The translations under genes and the position numbers were made by a program. A model generated the notes under the pieces. That model made no database searches, was not told the origin of the DNA, and saw nothing but the letters and a program-made list of their open reading frames with translations. From Nitrospirota bacterium (GTDB lineage Bacteria; Nitrospirota; UBA9217), in the NCBI GenBank assembly GCA_029858565.1, contig JAOUEV010000005.1, positions 1 to 64,000 of the forward strand: a stretch of DNA of 64,000 nt. The letters run 5' to 3'. Below, one piece after another: positions 27,582 through 37,164 of the stretch; position 1 is the first letter of the stretch; every line of letters starts with the position of its first letter.

Positions 27582-28828
27582 CTCACACCTTTCAATTGCG
27601 CTTCCGAGTCGATCAGGAACGTGGCGGAACGCGCCACCTTCTCGCCTTTTTTCACGCCCGACAGGACCTCGCGGTAGCCTTCCGCCCGGACCCCGAGCTT
27701 CACTTCACGGGGTTCGAACATGCCTTCCCCTTTGTCCACATACACGATCTGCCGCGTTCCCGTGTCCAGGACCGCGTCGTCAGGGACCGCCAGTCGTGTG
27801 CCCATGCCGGCCTTGATCTCCACATTCGTGAACATCTGCGGCTTCAGCCTGCCGCCGGGATTCGGCACCGTGAGCCTCACTTTCACCGTGCGCGTATCTC
27901 CGGTTAGCGTGGGATTGACGAACTCCACGGGAGCGGAGAATTCCCTGCCCGGAAGCGAGCTCAGGGAGATCCGCGCGGTCTCGCCCGGGTTGATCAGGGG
28001 AAGCTCGTTCTCGTAGATGTCCGACGTGATCCAGACCGTGGAAAGGTCGGCGATATCAAATAGTTTTTCGCCCGGCATGACCCGCATGCCCTGGATCGCC
28101 ATCTTCTGGGTCACGGTTCCGTTCGACGGGCTCAGGATCGTTACCGTGCGTATGGTCTTGCCGGTCTCCTCGATCGTTTTGATCTGCTCGTCCGAAATAT
28201 CCCAAAGCCGCAGCCGCTGGCGCGCGGCGTCAATGATCGATCCGGCGTCCTGCGAGAGCATCTTGCCCACAGACCCGTCCTTGATCTCGCCTGCGTCCTT
28301 ACTCCATTTAAGGGTGTTCAGGAACTCCTGCTGCGTTGCCAGAAGCTCGGGACTGTAGATCTCCGCAAGGGGCTCCCCCTTCTTCACCTCTTTGCCCGTG
28401 TAATCGGCATAGAGCTTTTCGATCCAGCCCTCGAACTTGACGTTCACCGTGGCGAGCTTCCGTTCGTCATACTCCACACGGCCGACGGTCCTGATCGTCT
28501 TCCCGATCTTGCGGAAGGCGACGGCCTCGGTCCTGACGCCGATGAGCTGCTGTTTGTCGAGCGGGATCTCTACCGTGGGAGCCTCGGCAGGGGCTTCAGC
28601 CTCCTGCTTTACCTGGCTGGAAGCCTTGTCCACAACAGGAGCAACGTGTCCCTCATGCTGGGCATGGGCCACGGATATCTGCAGTACAAAAAGCGACAAT
28701 CCAAGAAACAACGCGGATTTTACCGCAGAGGTCGCAGAGGAGTTCTTCGAGACGTATCCGTGGTATTCCTCTGCGTCCTCTGCGGTAATAATCATTTTCC
28801 CGGCAGATGGCAAATTCTTACTGTTCAT
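27578..28828 (-). CDS. cusB: CusB-family periplasmic adaptor
   Basis: GWIEKLY, IYSPELLATQQEFL, IADLSTVW, LKPQMF, FLIDSE. Confidence 0.93.
   Translation of the reverse strand: MNSKNLPSAGKMIITAEDAEEYHGYVSKNSSATSAVKSALFLGLSLFVLQISVAHAQHEGHVAPVVDKASSQVKQEAEAPAEAPTVEIPLDKQQLIGVRTEAVAFRKIGKTIRTVGRVEYDERKLATVNVKFEGWIEKLYADYTGKEVKKGEPLAEIYSPELLATQQEFLNTLKWSKDAGEIKDGSVGKMLSQDAGSIIDAARQRLRLWDISDEQIKTIEETGKTIRTVTILSPSNGTVTQKMAIQGMRVMPGEKLFDIADLSTVWITSDIYENELPLINPGETARISLSSLPGREFSAPVEFVNPTLTGDTRTVKVRLTVPNPGGRLKPQMFTNVEIKAGMGTRLAVPDDAVLDTGTRQIVYVDKGEGMFEPREVKLGVRAEGYREVLSGVKKGEKVARSATFLIDSEAQLKGVR
28720..28788. repeat. Palindromic 9-bp-repeat element inside the cusB 5' coding region
   Basis: TTACCGCAGAGGTCGCAGAGGA ... 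TCCTCTGCGTCCTCTGCGGTAA, 22-bp inverted repeat with one mismatch. Confidence 0.85.
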
Positions 28829-30116
28829 TTGTCTTCCCCATCGCTTCCTCGCCGCCGGTCAAAGCCTCGATCCGGGCGATCGCCTTCTCTCGCTCAATGA
28901 ACTGGGTCCAGTACGAGGTCTCGTAATCCAGAAGCGCCTTCAACCGGCTGACCACGGTAATGCCCTCGACCCTCCCGGTCCGGTAACCGGACAGGGACAG
29001 GTCGAAATCCTGTTTCGTCTTCGGGATCAGTCCCTGGCGGTACAGCTCCATCAGCTGCTCCGACGACCGTATCATGGCGGCGTTGTCCCGGATGTTCGAT
29101 GCAAGCATGGACTTGATGCCGGCCAGATCATGGATCGCCGCGGATGACATGGCGTGGGCCTCGGCCAATGCCTGGCTCTGACGGGATTTGTAGTACAGCG
29201 GGATATTGAATGTCGCGGTAAGGCTCCACATATCCTCATATTCCCCGCTTCGCTTGGCAACCGTGCCGGTCAGGGTCACGTCAGGATAGAACTCCTTTTC
29301 CGCCATATGGACCCCTGCCTGGGACGCTTTGAACATCTTTTCCCGTGACTGCACCTCGGGCGAATTGGCGAGCGCCAGCTGGACCAGGTCATCGTCGGAG
29401 AATGAGAACACCGTGGATGCGGGCTCAACGGGCCTCCCGAGCTTTCTGTGCTCATCGCTGCCCACGACCGAGATCAGCATCGCTTCCAGGGACCGGCGCT
29501 TCTGGTTCAGCATCGCCTCCCGCTCGACCAGCATGTACTTTTCCGTCTGGGCCATCAGCACTTCCTGCTGCTGCCCCATGCCCGTTGCGTATCGCGCCAG
29601 CGCGGCCTCTTCGATCCTTGCGAACAAAGCGGTGCGTTCATGGATCAGGTCGAGGTCCTTATACACAAGGAACAGGTCATAGTACAGTTCCTTCACCCGT
29701 GCCGTGGTTCCGAGCTTCGCGGCACGTGACATGGCGCCTGCCGTGTCGGCATCCCGGGACGCCATTTCCTCCTTGAGCGAGCGCTTCCCGGGGAACGGGA
29801 ACATCTGCGATACTCCATACATCCACTGGGCGCCGGGCATCTTGCCGAAGGTGTAATTGCTCCAGCCCTCGTTCTGATACCCGATCATGACCATGGGGTC
29901 CGGCAGGCTTCCCGCCTGTTTTACCCTGGCAGAGGAAGCTTTCCATTTCGCATCGGTCACATACACGTCGTGGTTGTTCTTGAGAGCCTCGTCGATCAGC
30001 GGCCGCAGCTCCAGCGGCAGCTCCCCTTCGGTTGCCGCGGCCATTCCCCGCGCCGCGCCAAGAAGTGCGATCAAGATCAGGAAGAACAACAACGTTGTCA
30101 GTATGCTATTCCGCAT
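28818..30116 (-). CDS. TolC-family outer membrane efflux protein (CusC-like)
   Basis: LPDPMV, SQMFPFPGK, NIPLY; position in the RND operon. Confidence 0.92.
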   Translation of the reverse strand: MRNSILTTLLFFLILIALLGAARGMAAATEGELPLELRPLIDEALKNNHDVYVTDAKWKASSARVKQAGSLPDPMVMIGYQNEGWSNYTFGKMPGAQWMYGVSQMFPFPGKRSLKEEMASRDADTAGAMSRAAKLGTTARVKELYYDLFLVYKDLDLIHERTALFARIEEAALARYATGMGQQQEVLMAQTEKYMLVEREAMLNQKRRSLEAMLISVVGSDEHRKLGRPVEPASTVFSFSDDDLVQLALANSPEVQSREKMFKASQAGVHMAEKEFYPDVTLTGTVAKRSGEYEDMWSLTATFNIPLYYKSRQSQALAEAHAMSSAAIHDLAGIKSMLASNIRDNAAMIRSSEQLMELYRQGLIPKTKQDFDLSLSGYRTGRVEGITVVSRLKALLDYETSYWTQFIEREKAIARIEALTGGEEAMGKTNEQ

Positions 30117-30138
30117 TCCGAATTCCGCATTCCGAATT
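30108..30138. repeat. Tandem 7-bp repeat ATTCCG(C/A) x4
   Basis: ATTCCGC ATTCCGA ATTCCGC ATTCCGA; overlaps the TolC start codon. Confidence 0.85.
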
Positions 30139-30142
30139 TGAA

Positions 30143-30532
30143 CTATTTCGCGTCAACCGTGAACTTCAGGCTTCCGCTCTTCCCGCCTGCGCTGATCTTT
30201 ACCGCGATGTTCCAGGGACCTGCCATGGACAGGTTCATCGTTGCCTTGTACACATCGCCCTTTTCCACGGCTTCGGCCTTGTAGTTCATCGGCGGCATTC
30301 CGGGCATCGCGGGCATGGAGTAGTCAACGATCACCTTTGCACCGGCTACCGCCTTGCCGCTTGCGTCCTTCACTGAAACGGTCACGCCGTTGTCCCCGGT
30401 CACCGGCGGATTCTTGTCGATCGTCACGACAACATTGAACTCTCCAGCCTTCTTGGAAACCTCATAATCCTTTGCAATCGCAACACCGGCGCTCAACAGT
30501 ACTACCAGTCCTATCATCAATAGCTTTTTCAT
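30143..30532 (-). CDS. FixH/YtkA-like Met-rich periplasmic protein
   Basis: Signal peptide, YSMPAMPGMPPM, LSMAGPW; AGGAGG RBS. Confidence 0.85.
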   Translation of the reverse strand: MKKLLMIGLVVLLSAGVAIAKDYEVSKKAGEFNVVVTIDKNPPVTGDNGVTVSVKDASGKAVAGAKVIVDYSMPAMPGMPPMNYKAEAVEKGDVYKATMNLSMAGPWNIAVKISAGGKSGSLKFTVDAK

Positions 30533-30595
30533 CTTCGTACTCCTCCTGAAATACAATATTGATATTTTACTCCGCAACGTATTCTTCTAGTATAT

Positions 30596-30652
30596 AGCAA
30601 GAGCTCCGCCAAAAAGAACATCTGACACAAATAACGTCTTTTCAACAAGTTA
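30596..30652 (-). promoter_or_regulatory. Sigma54 promoter with adjacent IHF-like site
   Basis: TTGGCGGAGCTCTTGCT (GG-N10-GC) at 30612-30596; TTTCAACAAGTTA at 30640-30652 is close to WATCAANNNNTTR. Confidence 0.7.
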
Positions 30653-30813
30653 CAGCTGTGCTCTCGGATTATTTGCAGCACGATTGAAGGGCATGATGAA
30701 TGAAGTGTAGGATATGCTACAAGGTGACCCATGGCGGATAACCTGTTGTTACGAAAAAAAAGCGGGACAGATTTCTCTGTCCCGCTCCTGCCTAATTCGA
30801 GATTATTGCCAGA

Positions 30814-31179
30814 TCAGCTTTTCGCACCCTTGCCGGTCTTCCTTGCCCGTACGGCCTTATTTCTCTTCTTTCCTGCAAGGTAAGCCTCAACAGGACGCCA
30901 CCCGAAGGACATGCTACCCGCAGCCGCGTTCGCGAGTCCTTCAACGAGTTTCTTGCCTGCCATGTTCAGTGCCATCGCGATTCCTATGAAGGGCAGGAAA
31001 ACCGCGAAGATCAGACCAAGGACCGGTCCTGCCGCGAGTACCGCGATTCCGGACGCCTTGATATACCTGGTCTGCCCGTTTCCCGGAAGCACGCCTTCCT
31101 GATCCATATTCACCCGCTCGCCGTTCTCAAGATTCCAGTAGGTCCCTGCCGCCGCTGTATGTCCGCCTTTGCTCAACAT
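30814..31179 (-). CDS. Hypothetical membrane protein
   Basis: AAGGAGG RBS; GTYWNL...GPVLGLIFAVFLPFIGI; terminator at about 30755-30786. Confidence 0.8.
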   Translation of the reverse strand: MLSKGGHTAAAGTYWNLENGERVNMDQEGVLPGNGQTRYIKASGIAVLAAGPVLGLIFAVFLPFIGIAMALNMAGKKLVEGLANAAAGSMSFGWRPVEAYLAGKKRNKAVRARKTGKGAKS

Positions 31180-31354
31180 GATCGATCCCTCCTTGTGGGC
31201 TGGTCTGTTCTTTCTTTCTGGCTTAACCATACCGCGGTACAGGGAAAAAGGAAATCAGCATTCATTCCTAGGCGCGCAGGTATATGTTCCTAGGAAGATG
31301 TTCGTAGAGAGAAGACCGGGATAAAGTATCAGGGGACGGGGAACCGCAGGATCA

Positions 31355-31654
31355 TCACTGCAGATGAGTACCGCACTTTTTACAGCGGCGGCGATAGATA
31401 TCGCTGGACAGGAACGCCGCGCATGACGGACACCGCCAGTTCCAGTTGGTGAAACCGAGAAATACCGCGATGGTAATGGCCTGGGCCGCGAACAGCGATG
31501 ATCGGGAGTAGGTGCCGAAGAGGTCGGGACGCTTGTGGATCACCGCTGCCAGCAATACCAGGAAGATCGCCGCGGTTATGGCGAGGATCTGGCGGGTCTG
31601 GCGCACCCGGTATTGGTTCATGATGCGTTCTTTTTCACTGTTCCGGTCGTTCAT
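31355..31654 (-). CDS. Small membrane protein with C-terminal Zn ribbon
   Basis: Two TM helices, NWRCPSC...CKKCG. Confidence 0.75.
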   Translation of the reverse strand: MNDRNSEKERIMNQYRVRQTRQILAITAAIFLVLLAAVIHKRPDLFGTYSRSSLFAAQAITIAVFLGFTNWNWRCPSCAAFLSSDIYRRRCKKCGTHLQ

Positions 31655-31928
31655 TGCCTGCCACCTCTCCGGCGACAATATACCGTCCTGGAAAAGACTT
31701 TTCAAGAGCGATGCGTTCCACATCGTCCACCACGCTCTGCAACTGGCTGCTGTCGCTCAGGTCCGCGACCAGCACGCGATGGCCGTCCCCAAGTTCCCGC
31801 ACCAGGGCTTCCAGCCGGTCACGAGACCGTGCTGTGCAGGTTACTTTGTATCCTTCCCGCGCAAGCTCACGGGCAAAGACCCTTCCGATGCCGCTGCTCG
31901 CGCCGGTTACCAATGCGGTTCCGGCCAT
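31635..31928 (-). pseudogene. Truncated short-chain dehydrogenase
   Basis: ALVTGASSGIG Rossmann start but only 97 aa; no NNAG or YxxxK. Confidence 0.75.
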
Positions 31929-31953
31929 GCAAATCTCCCTGTCCGCTTCCCTG

Positions 31954-32718
31954 TTACGCCATGCCGGGCGCCAGCCCGTGGGTCACCTCGGTATGAATAA
32001 AGGCCCGGATGATCTCACGGCCCCTCGGCGAAATCGAAGTGAACTGCAAACCCATTCCTGAAAGGCCGGAATTTCCAGCTCCCGCCGGACTAAGGTAGAC
32101 CACCCTCGCTTCAGCGGTTATCGTCTCGCCATGGAGGGTCAGATCGATACGGACCAGCGTCTGCACGGTAAAGGTCGTCCGGCTGCGAAGATACACGCCA
32201 TTGACCGACAGGTTCGTCACGGCCTCGCCCGCGCCGGCATCAAGCGCTCGGCCGTTCAGCATTGCGGGAAGACTGGTCGGAATGCGAAAGTCGGCGCGGC
32301 GTGAACGGGGGTTTATGATACGGTTGATCGCCTGGTACAGATCATTCGCCTGAACAGGGATCGGAAGCGCCCCGGCTGCGCCAGCATCGCCGCATCGTTT
32401 GCTGAAATCCCGGTCGTGTTCCCGGGTCATGATGAGAACCGGGACTGCAGCGGTCCGGACTTCGTCCCGCAGGCGGTGCATCAGAGCGAGACCGGTCATC
32501 CCCCTGAGGTCCATGGCGGCGATGACGAGGGACGGCGGAGAATAATGCGCCATTTCAAGGGCCTTATCCGCCGCGTTCGCCGTGCACACGAGATACCCGA
32601 GCCGCTGGAGGATCATGGCCATGATGACCAGGCTCTGAGCATCGCTGTCCACGACAAGCACAAAGCCGCTGCCGCGCCCCTCTGCTGGCGGTTTGTTCTT
32701 CCCTCCGGGTTCACCCAT
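31954..32718 (-). CDS. Receiver-like domain plus PilZ domain
   Basis: VLVVDSD...MTGLALM; RADFR and NLSVNG PilZ motifs. Confidence 0.88.
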   Translation of the reverse strand: MGEPGGKNKPPAEGRGSGFVLVVDSDAQSLVIMAMILQRLGYLVCTANAADKALEMAHYSPPSLVIAAMDLRGMTGLALMHRLRDEVRTAAVPVLIMTREHDRDFSKRCGDAGAAGALPIPVQANDLYQAINRIINPRSRRADFRIPTSLPAMLNGRALDAGAGEAVTNLSVNGVYLRSRTTFTVQTLVRIDLTLHGETITAEARVVYLSPAGAGNSGLSGMGLQFTSISPRGREIIRAFIHTEVTHGLAPGMA

Positions 32719-32841
32719 GATATATTCCTCCTGCTGATGAGGAAAGTACTCTACCTGAGGAAAAAGGGCAAGCGAAAAGAGTGGAGAAGGAGGGGAGAAT
32801 GGATCAACAGGCTGGATACGTGCGGACCTTCGCGGCCGCGG

Positions 32842-33663
32842 TCATTTACCGATCTTCTTGAGCCGTTCCTTTGCTTTCTCGGCCTCAGGCGTCCCGGGAT
32901 AGTCCTTCACCACCCGGTGCAGGTGCTCCCTGGCCTTGGCATTGTGCTTTTCGTTCAGGTAAGAATAGCCGATCTTGAGCCTGGCTCCCGGAGCTTTTTC
33001 GCTCTTGGGGTATGCCTTCAGGACCTTGGTGAACTCGGTGATCGCCTTGTCGTATTCCTTCTTGCTGTAGAAACACTCTCCGATCCAGTACTGCGCGCTG
33101 TCAGCCTGGCTGGTATCGGGAAATTGCTTCAGATAGTTCTCGAATCCGGCGATGGCAAGATCGTAGTTCCCTTTGTCGTAATCGGACTTGGCCTGCTGAT
33201 AGGCTTCGGTCGGTGTCGGCTGTTTGGCCTCGGGCTTCTTCTCGCCCTCGGCAGCATCCGCGGTCCCGGTGGGCAGGGACTTTGTCCTGTTCTCGAGCTG
33301 CTCGACCCGGGCTGCCAATTCGGCAAGCCTGAACTTGTTGTCATCGAGCTTCTGGGCGAGCTCCTTGATGCGGAAATTGTTCTCTTCGAGCCGCCCCTGA
33401 AGGATCTGAAGATCGGTCACAAGCTGGTCGTGACGCGTGCCCTGGTCAGCCATTTTCTGCTGGATGTCCAGCGTGCCCTTGATGTTCTCCTCGAGCAGAT
33501 CCTGGCGCTTCTGGATGCCCGACAGGTCCGGCACCTGCGACCGGACCACCTTCATCTCGGCGCGAAGGTCGCCCATCTCACCCCGCAGTTTGACCAGTTC
33601 AGCCTGGGGAGCGCAGCCCGTTGTGAGAAGCAGTATGCCAAGAACGTACGTTCGCGCGGACAT
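32842..33663 (-). CDS. cpoB: Tol-Pal protein CpoB/YbgF
   Basis: Lipobox, coiled coil, TPR AQYWIGECFY; follows pal. Confidence 0.9.
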   Translation of the reverse strand: MSARTYVLGILLLTTGCAPQAELVKLRGEMGDLRAEMKVVRSQVPDLSGIQKRQDLLEENIKGTLDIQQKMADQGTRHDQLVTDLQILQGRLEENNFRIKELAQKLDDNKFRLAELAARVEQLENRTKSLPTGTADAAEGEKKPEAKQPTPTEAYQQAKSDYDKGNYDLAIAGFENYLKQFPDTSQADSAQYWIGECFYSKKEYDKAITEFTKVLKAYPKSEKAPGARLKIGYSYLNEKHNAKAREHLHRVVKDYPGTPEAEKAKERLKKIGK

Positions 33664-33724
33664 GGGGACCTCTTCAGGGAAAAAGCAGGCGGGGACGGAT
33701 TGATTCCCGTCCCCGCCGCAGGGA

Positions 33725-34333
33725 TCACTCGTTTACGACAAAATCATCGCGCCGATTCTTCTGCCAGCACTCTTCGGTGGCATCGGTGCAGGTCGGCTTT
33801 TCCTTGCCATAGCTGATCAACGATATCCGCTTCGACGAGATGCCGAGGTCGGTGAGATATTTCTTCGCAGCAGCGGCCCGGCGCTGTCCGAGCGCCTGGT
33901 TGTATTCAATGGTGCCGCGCTCATCGCAATTGCCCTCGATACGGATCTTGGCCTTGGGATTCGCCTTCATCCACTGGGCGTTCGCCTTCATTGCCTCCTT
34001 GGCGTCGGAGCGCACAAAGGACTTGTCGAAGTCAAAGTAAATGGGCTGCATGCTGTTTGCTTCCTTGGCTGCCCGCTCCTTTGCCGCTTCTTCCTCGGCG
34101 CGCTTCGCCGCTTCAGCAGCCTCGGCTGCTTTCCGCTCCTCTTCCGCCCTGCGGGACTCCTCGGCAAGCCGCTCTTCCTCTGCCTTGCGCTTCTCATACT
34201 CCGACTGGACCGGCTCGGCCTGCTTCTGCTCTTCCGGCGCAGAGCTCACTTCCGCCTTCTTGGGACAACCCCACAATGTGGTCAGGCTCAACAACAGGAT
34301 GGCTGACAACATCAAAGCACTGGTTCTTCTCAT
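33725..34333 (-). CDS. pal: Peptidoglycan-associated lipoprotein
   Basis: IYFDFDKS, IEGNCDERGTIEYNQALGQRRA, SYGKEKP, NRR. Confidence 0.96.
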   Translation of the reverse strand: MRRTSALMLSAILLLSLTTLWGCPKKAEVSSAPEEQKQAEPVQSEYEKRKAEEERLAEESRRAEEERKAAEAAEAAKRAEEEAAKERAAKEANSMQPIYFDFDKSFVRSDAKEAMKANAQWMKANPKAKIRIEGNCDERGTIEYNQALGQRRAAAAKKYLTDLGISSKRISLISYGKEKPTCTDATEECWQKNRRDDFVVNE

Positions 34334-34476
34334 ATCGTCCTCCTCGTAGTTTTTTATCTTGCTGGTAAAGCCCTGCGAATCCGGAAAAGATGTGGAAAGA
34401 AACGCGATAACGATCGCATCGCGCTATGAACTATACAATAGCACAGAGCGAAGATGAAGTCAATTCATTGCTCGCA

Positions 34477-36453
34477 TTACCTGCTCCGGCCCAGCTGTTT
34501 CATGACGCTGCTGCCATGGATAGAACGCGGCAACTCCGCCTCGGTAATGACCGGAGCAAGGCAGGTATCACCGATGCACGGTATGACCCTGCCATTGTCC
34601 TCGCCATAGATGATCACGGTCGCCGGTCCACACACCCGTAGCGCAGCCCTGGCGAGGTCGCTCTCGGGAGCCGCCTCGACCGTGAACTTCACCATGCTGA
34701 ACCAGGCTTCAAGACCTGCATAGTATGTTCCACCGTGCACGCCAAGTTCAGTTGCCGATGGCGCGAATATCCGGAGCGACGATTCGGCGGCACTTAGATA
34801 TTCCTTGCGGTCCGTAAGATGATAGAGCTTAAGCAGCACCGGGATCGCGGTCCCGTTCGCCGAGGGATGAGGAATATCCTCGATCCGCATCAGACGGGTT
34901 CCGAGCACACCACCGTCGGTATCGTTGAATCCGCCTGCCTGATCGCCGAACCGCCGGATACACCGGTCCATGAGTTCCCGGGCCAGCTCAAGGCAGCGGA
35001 CATCGGCCGTTGCCTCATAGGCAGAGACCAGCGCATCAATAAGATGGATGTAGTCATCCAGCAGTCCCGCAACGCCCTCAACATGAAGCACGCTGCTGTC
35101 AATGACCCGTTCACGCAGGATTCGTTCAAGGCTGAGCAGCGCGAAATCCCTGAGGTCAGCGCGCCCCAGCACGCGGTAGGCTTTCAGGAACGAGCTAATG
35201 AACATGCTGTTGAGCGACGTATAAAGGGTCCGGTCAACAAATGGCGCCTTTCGCTCCTTCCGCGCAGCAAGCAGCTTTCTCGTTCCCTGTTCGAGGAGCT
35301 CATGAACCCGGGCCGGCTGCATCCTGAGCTCAGACGCCACGGCTGACTCGGTCAGCGCCTCGCGCAGCACCCGTTTGTCCGGATCGTGGTGCAGGGTCCC
35401 CCGTTCATGGAGGAAGCGCAGGGTCAGGACCTGGTACTCATCGATCGTCAGCAGCCCTTTGAACTCCTCATCGGTCCAGGTGAAGTACCCCCCTTCATCA
35501 TCAGGCGTCACATCAGCGTCCTGGCTGGCAAAGAACCCGCCGTCGGGATCGGACAGCTCCTCGCGGACGAACCGGATGATGTCCTCCGCCACCTCGCGGT
35601 AGCGCTCGTCGCCGAACAGTCCGTAGGCATCGAGATAGTTCCGCAGGAGCCAGGCGTTGTCATCGGCCATCTTCTCGAAATGCGGGACATGCCATCCCTC
35701 ATCCACCGAATAGCGGTGGAACCCGCCGGCAAGCTGATCATGAAAACCGCCGGCAGCCATGGCATCGAGCGTGGACCTGACCGCTTCCGCGGCCTGTACG
35801 CTGCCCGAGGCCGCACGGCGGATAAGGAACTCCAGCACCCCGGGCAGGGGGAACTTCGGCGCTTTCCCGAATCCGCCGTTCACCGGGTCGAAGTGTTCCA
35901 GCATGGCTTTTTCAGCACGGTCGAGCGCGCCGCGTTCCAGGTCGCCCGGCGTGAGCTGTTCCGGCGCAAGCGCCTCCATGACTCGGATGCCGTATGCTGC
36001 AGCTTCCAGCGATCGGGAGCCATAGAAATCCCGCACAGATGCGAGCACTTTTCTGAATCCCGGCCTCCCGAAACGGTCTTCCGGAGGAAAGTAGGTGCCG
36101 CCGAAAAAAGGCGTGCGGTCCGGGGTAAGGAAGACCGAGAGCGGCCATCCGCCTGCGCTCCCCATGAGCGCGATGGCTTGCTGGTACCTGCGGTCGATGT
36201 CCGGCCGCTCATCGCGGTCGAGCTTGATGCTGATGAACTGTTCGTTCAGGACCCTTGCTACCTCGCCGTCGGAGAAGGTCTCCTGCGCCATCACATGACA
36301 CCAGTGACACCACACGCCGCCTGATGACAGGAACACCGGTTTGTTCTCGGCGCGGGCCCGCTCGAATGCTTCGTCGCACCAGGGATACCAATCAATGGGC
36401 TGGTCAGCCGCATGTTTGAGGTACGGTGATCGTTCGTTGGCAAGTCTGTTCAT
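34477..36453 (-). CDS. YyaL/SSP411-family thioredoxin plus six-hairpin domain protein
   Basis: NRLANERSPYL, WCHWCHVM, DRDERPDID, GGWPLSVFL, PHFEKM. Confidence 0.93.
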   Translation of the reverse strand: MNRLANERSPYLKHAADQPIDWYPWCDEAFERARAENKPVFLSSGGVWCHWCHVMAQETFSDGEVARVLNEQFISIKLDRDERPDIDRRYQQAIALMGSAGGWPLSVFLTPDRTPFFGGTYFPPEDRFGRPGFRKVLASVRDFYGSRSLEAAAYGIRVMEALAPEQLTPGDLERGALDRAEKAMLEHFDPVNGGFGKAPKFPLPGVLEFLIRRAASGSVQAAEAVRSTLDAMAAGGFHDQLAGGFHRYSVDEGWHVPHFEKMADDNAWLLRNYLDAYGLFGDERYREVAEDIIRFVREELSDPDGGFFASQDADVTPDDEGGYFTWTDEEFKGLLTIDEYQVLTLRFLHERGTLHHDPDKRVLREALTESAVASELRMQPARVHELLEQGTRKLLAARKERKAPFVDRTLYTSLNSMFISSFLKAYRVLGRADLRDFALLSLERILRERVIDSSVLHVEGVAGLLDDYIHLIDALVSAYEATADVRCLELARELMDRCIRRFGDQAGGFNDTDGGVLGTRLMRIEDIPHPSANGTAIPVLLKLYHLTDRKEYLSAAESSLRIFAPSATELGVHGGTYYAGLEAWFSMVKFTVEAAPESDLARAALRVCGPATVIIYGEDNGRVIPCIGDTCLAPVITEAELPRSIHGSSVMKQLGRSR

Positions 36454-36610
36454 AAGAAATCCCGATTAAGGATTAATACGCCAAACAGGGATTACAGGAT
36501 CAGAGGATTATGAGAATACTTGTTCTGCCATATCCCCAGATCTTTTACCCCGCTAGTCCTTCCTTAGCGCCTTGATCCTTCCCTCCTCACAGTCCTTGCT
36601 CCTTCCCCAG

Positions 36611-37057
36611 TCAGAACGTCCCGGGGTCTTCCTTCGGCAATGTTTCCTCATCGAACGGGAGGACGCCCAGCTCGGTCATCAACTTCTCGAAATCCGACAT
36701 CAGCGACCGGTGGTCGATGTCGGAAAGATCATCGCTGAAGCTCCGCACGGTGAGACGGTCGAACAGGTCGTAATCGAAAATACCGGAGATCGCTTTGGTT
36801 CGGACCAGGGCCTGGTACACCATCCGATCGTCCTGCGCATCACGAGCGGAACGGAGGCCGATCTGCACGCGCCGCTCAGGCGATGCTGCGTACCACTCAA
36901 GCGCCGCACTCAGCGCGTCGGCAATTGCCGCGACGCCCGCGGCGATCTTTCCCTGGCGAAGCCGCCGGCGTCCGCCGCGGATATGGAGCCGGGCCCGAAG
37001 CAATGGCCCTTCCTCCGGCCCCATGGACCGCTCATGCATCAAACCTGCGTGGGGCAT
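36611..37057 (-). CDS. Hypothetical protein
   Basis: GAGGTG RBS; MPHAGLM...LLRARLHIRGGRRRL. Confidence 0.75.
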   Translation of the reverse strand: MPHAGLMHERSMGPEEGPLLRARLHIRGGRRRLRQGKIAAGVAAIADALSAALEWYAASPERRVQIGLRSARDAQDDRMVYQALVRTKAISGIFDYDLFDRLTVRSFSDDLSDIDHRSLMSDFEKLMTELGVLPFDEETLPKEDPGTF

Positions 37058-37164
37058 GGTCACCACCTCTTCTCTTGTCAATTGCGGATAAGGTTTCCCT
37101 GATTTAGATTATAGCACCGGGGAACGGGAGAATGGGCGAGTAACAGGCGCGTTCTGGGGATGGT

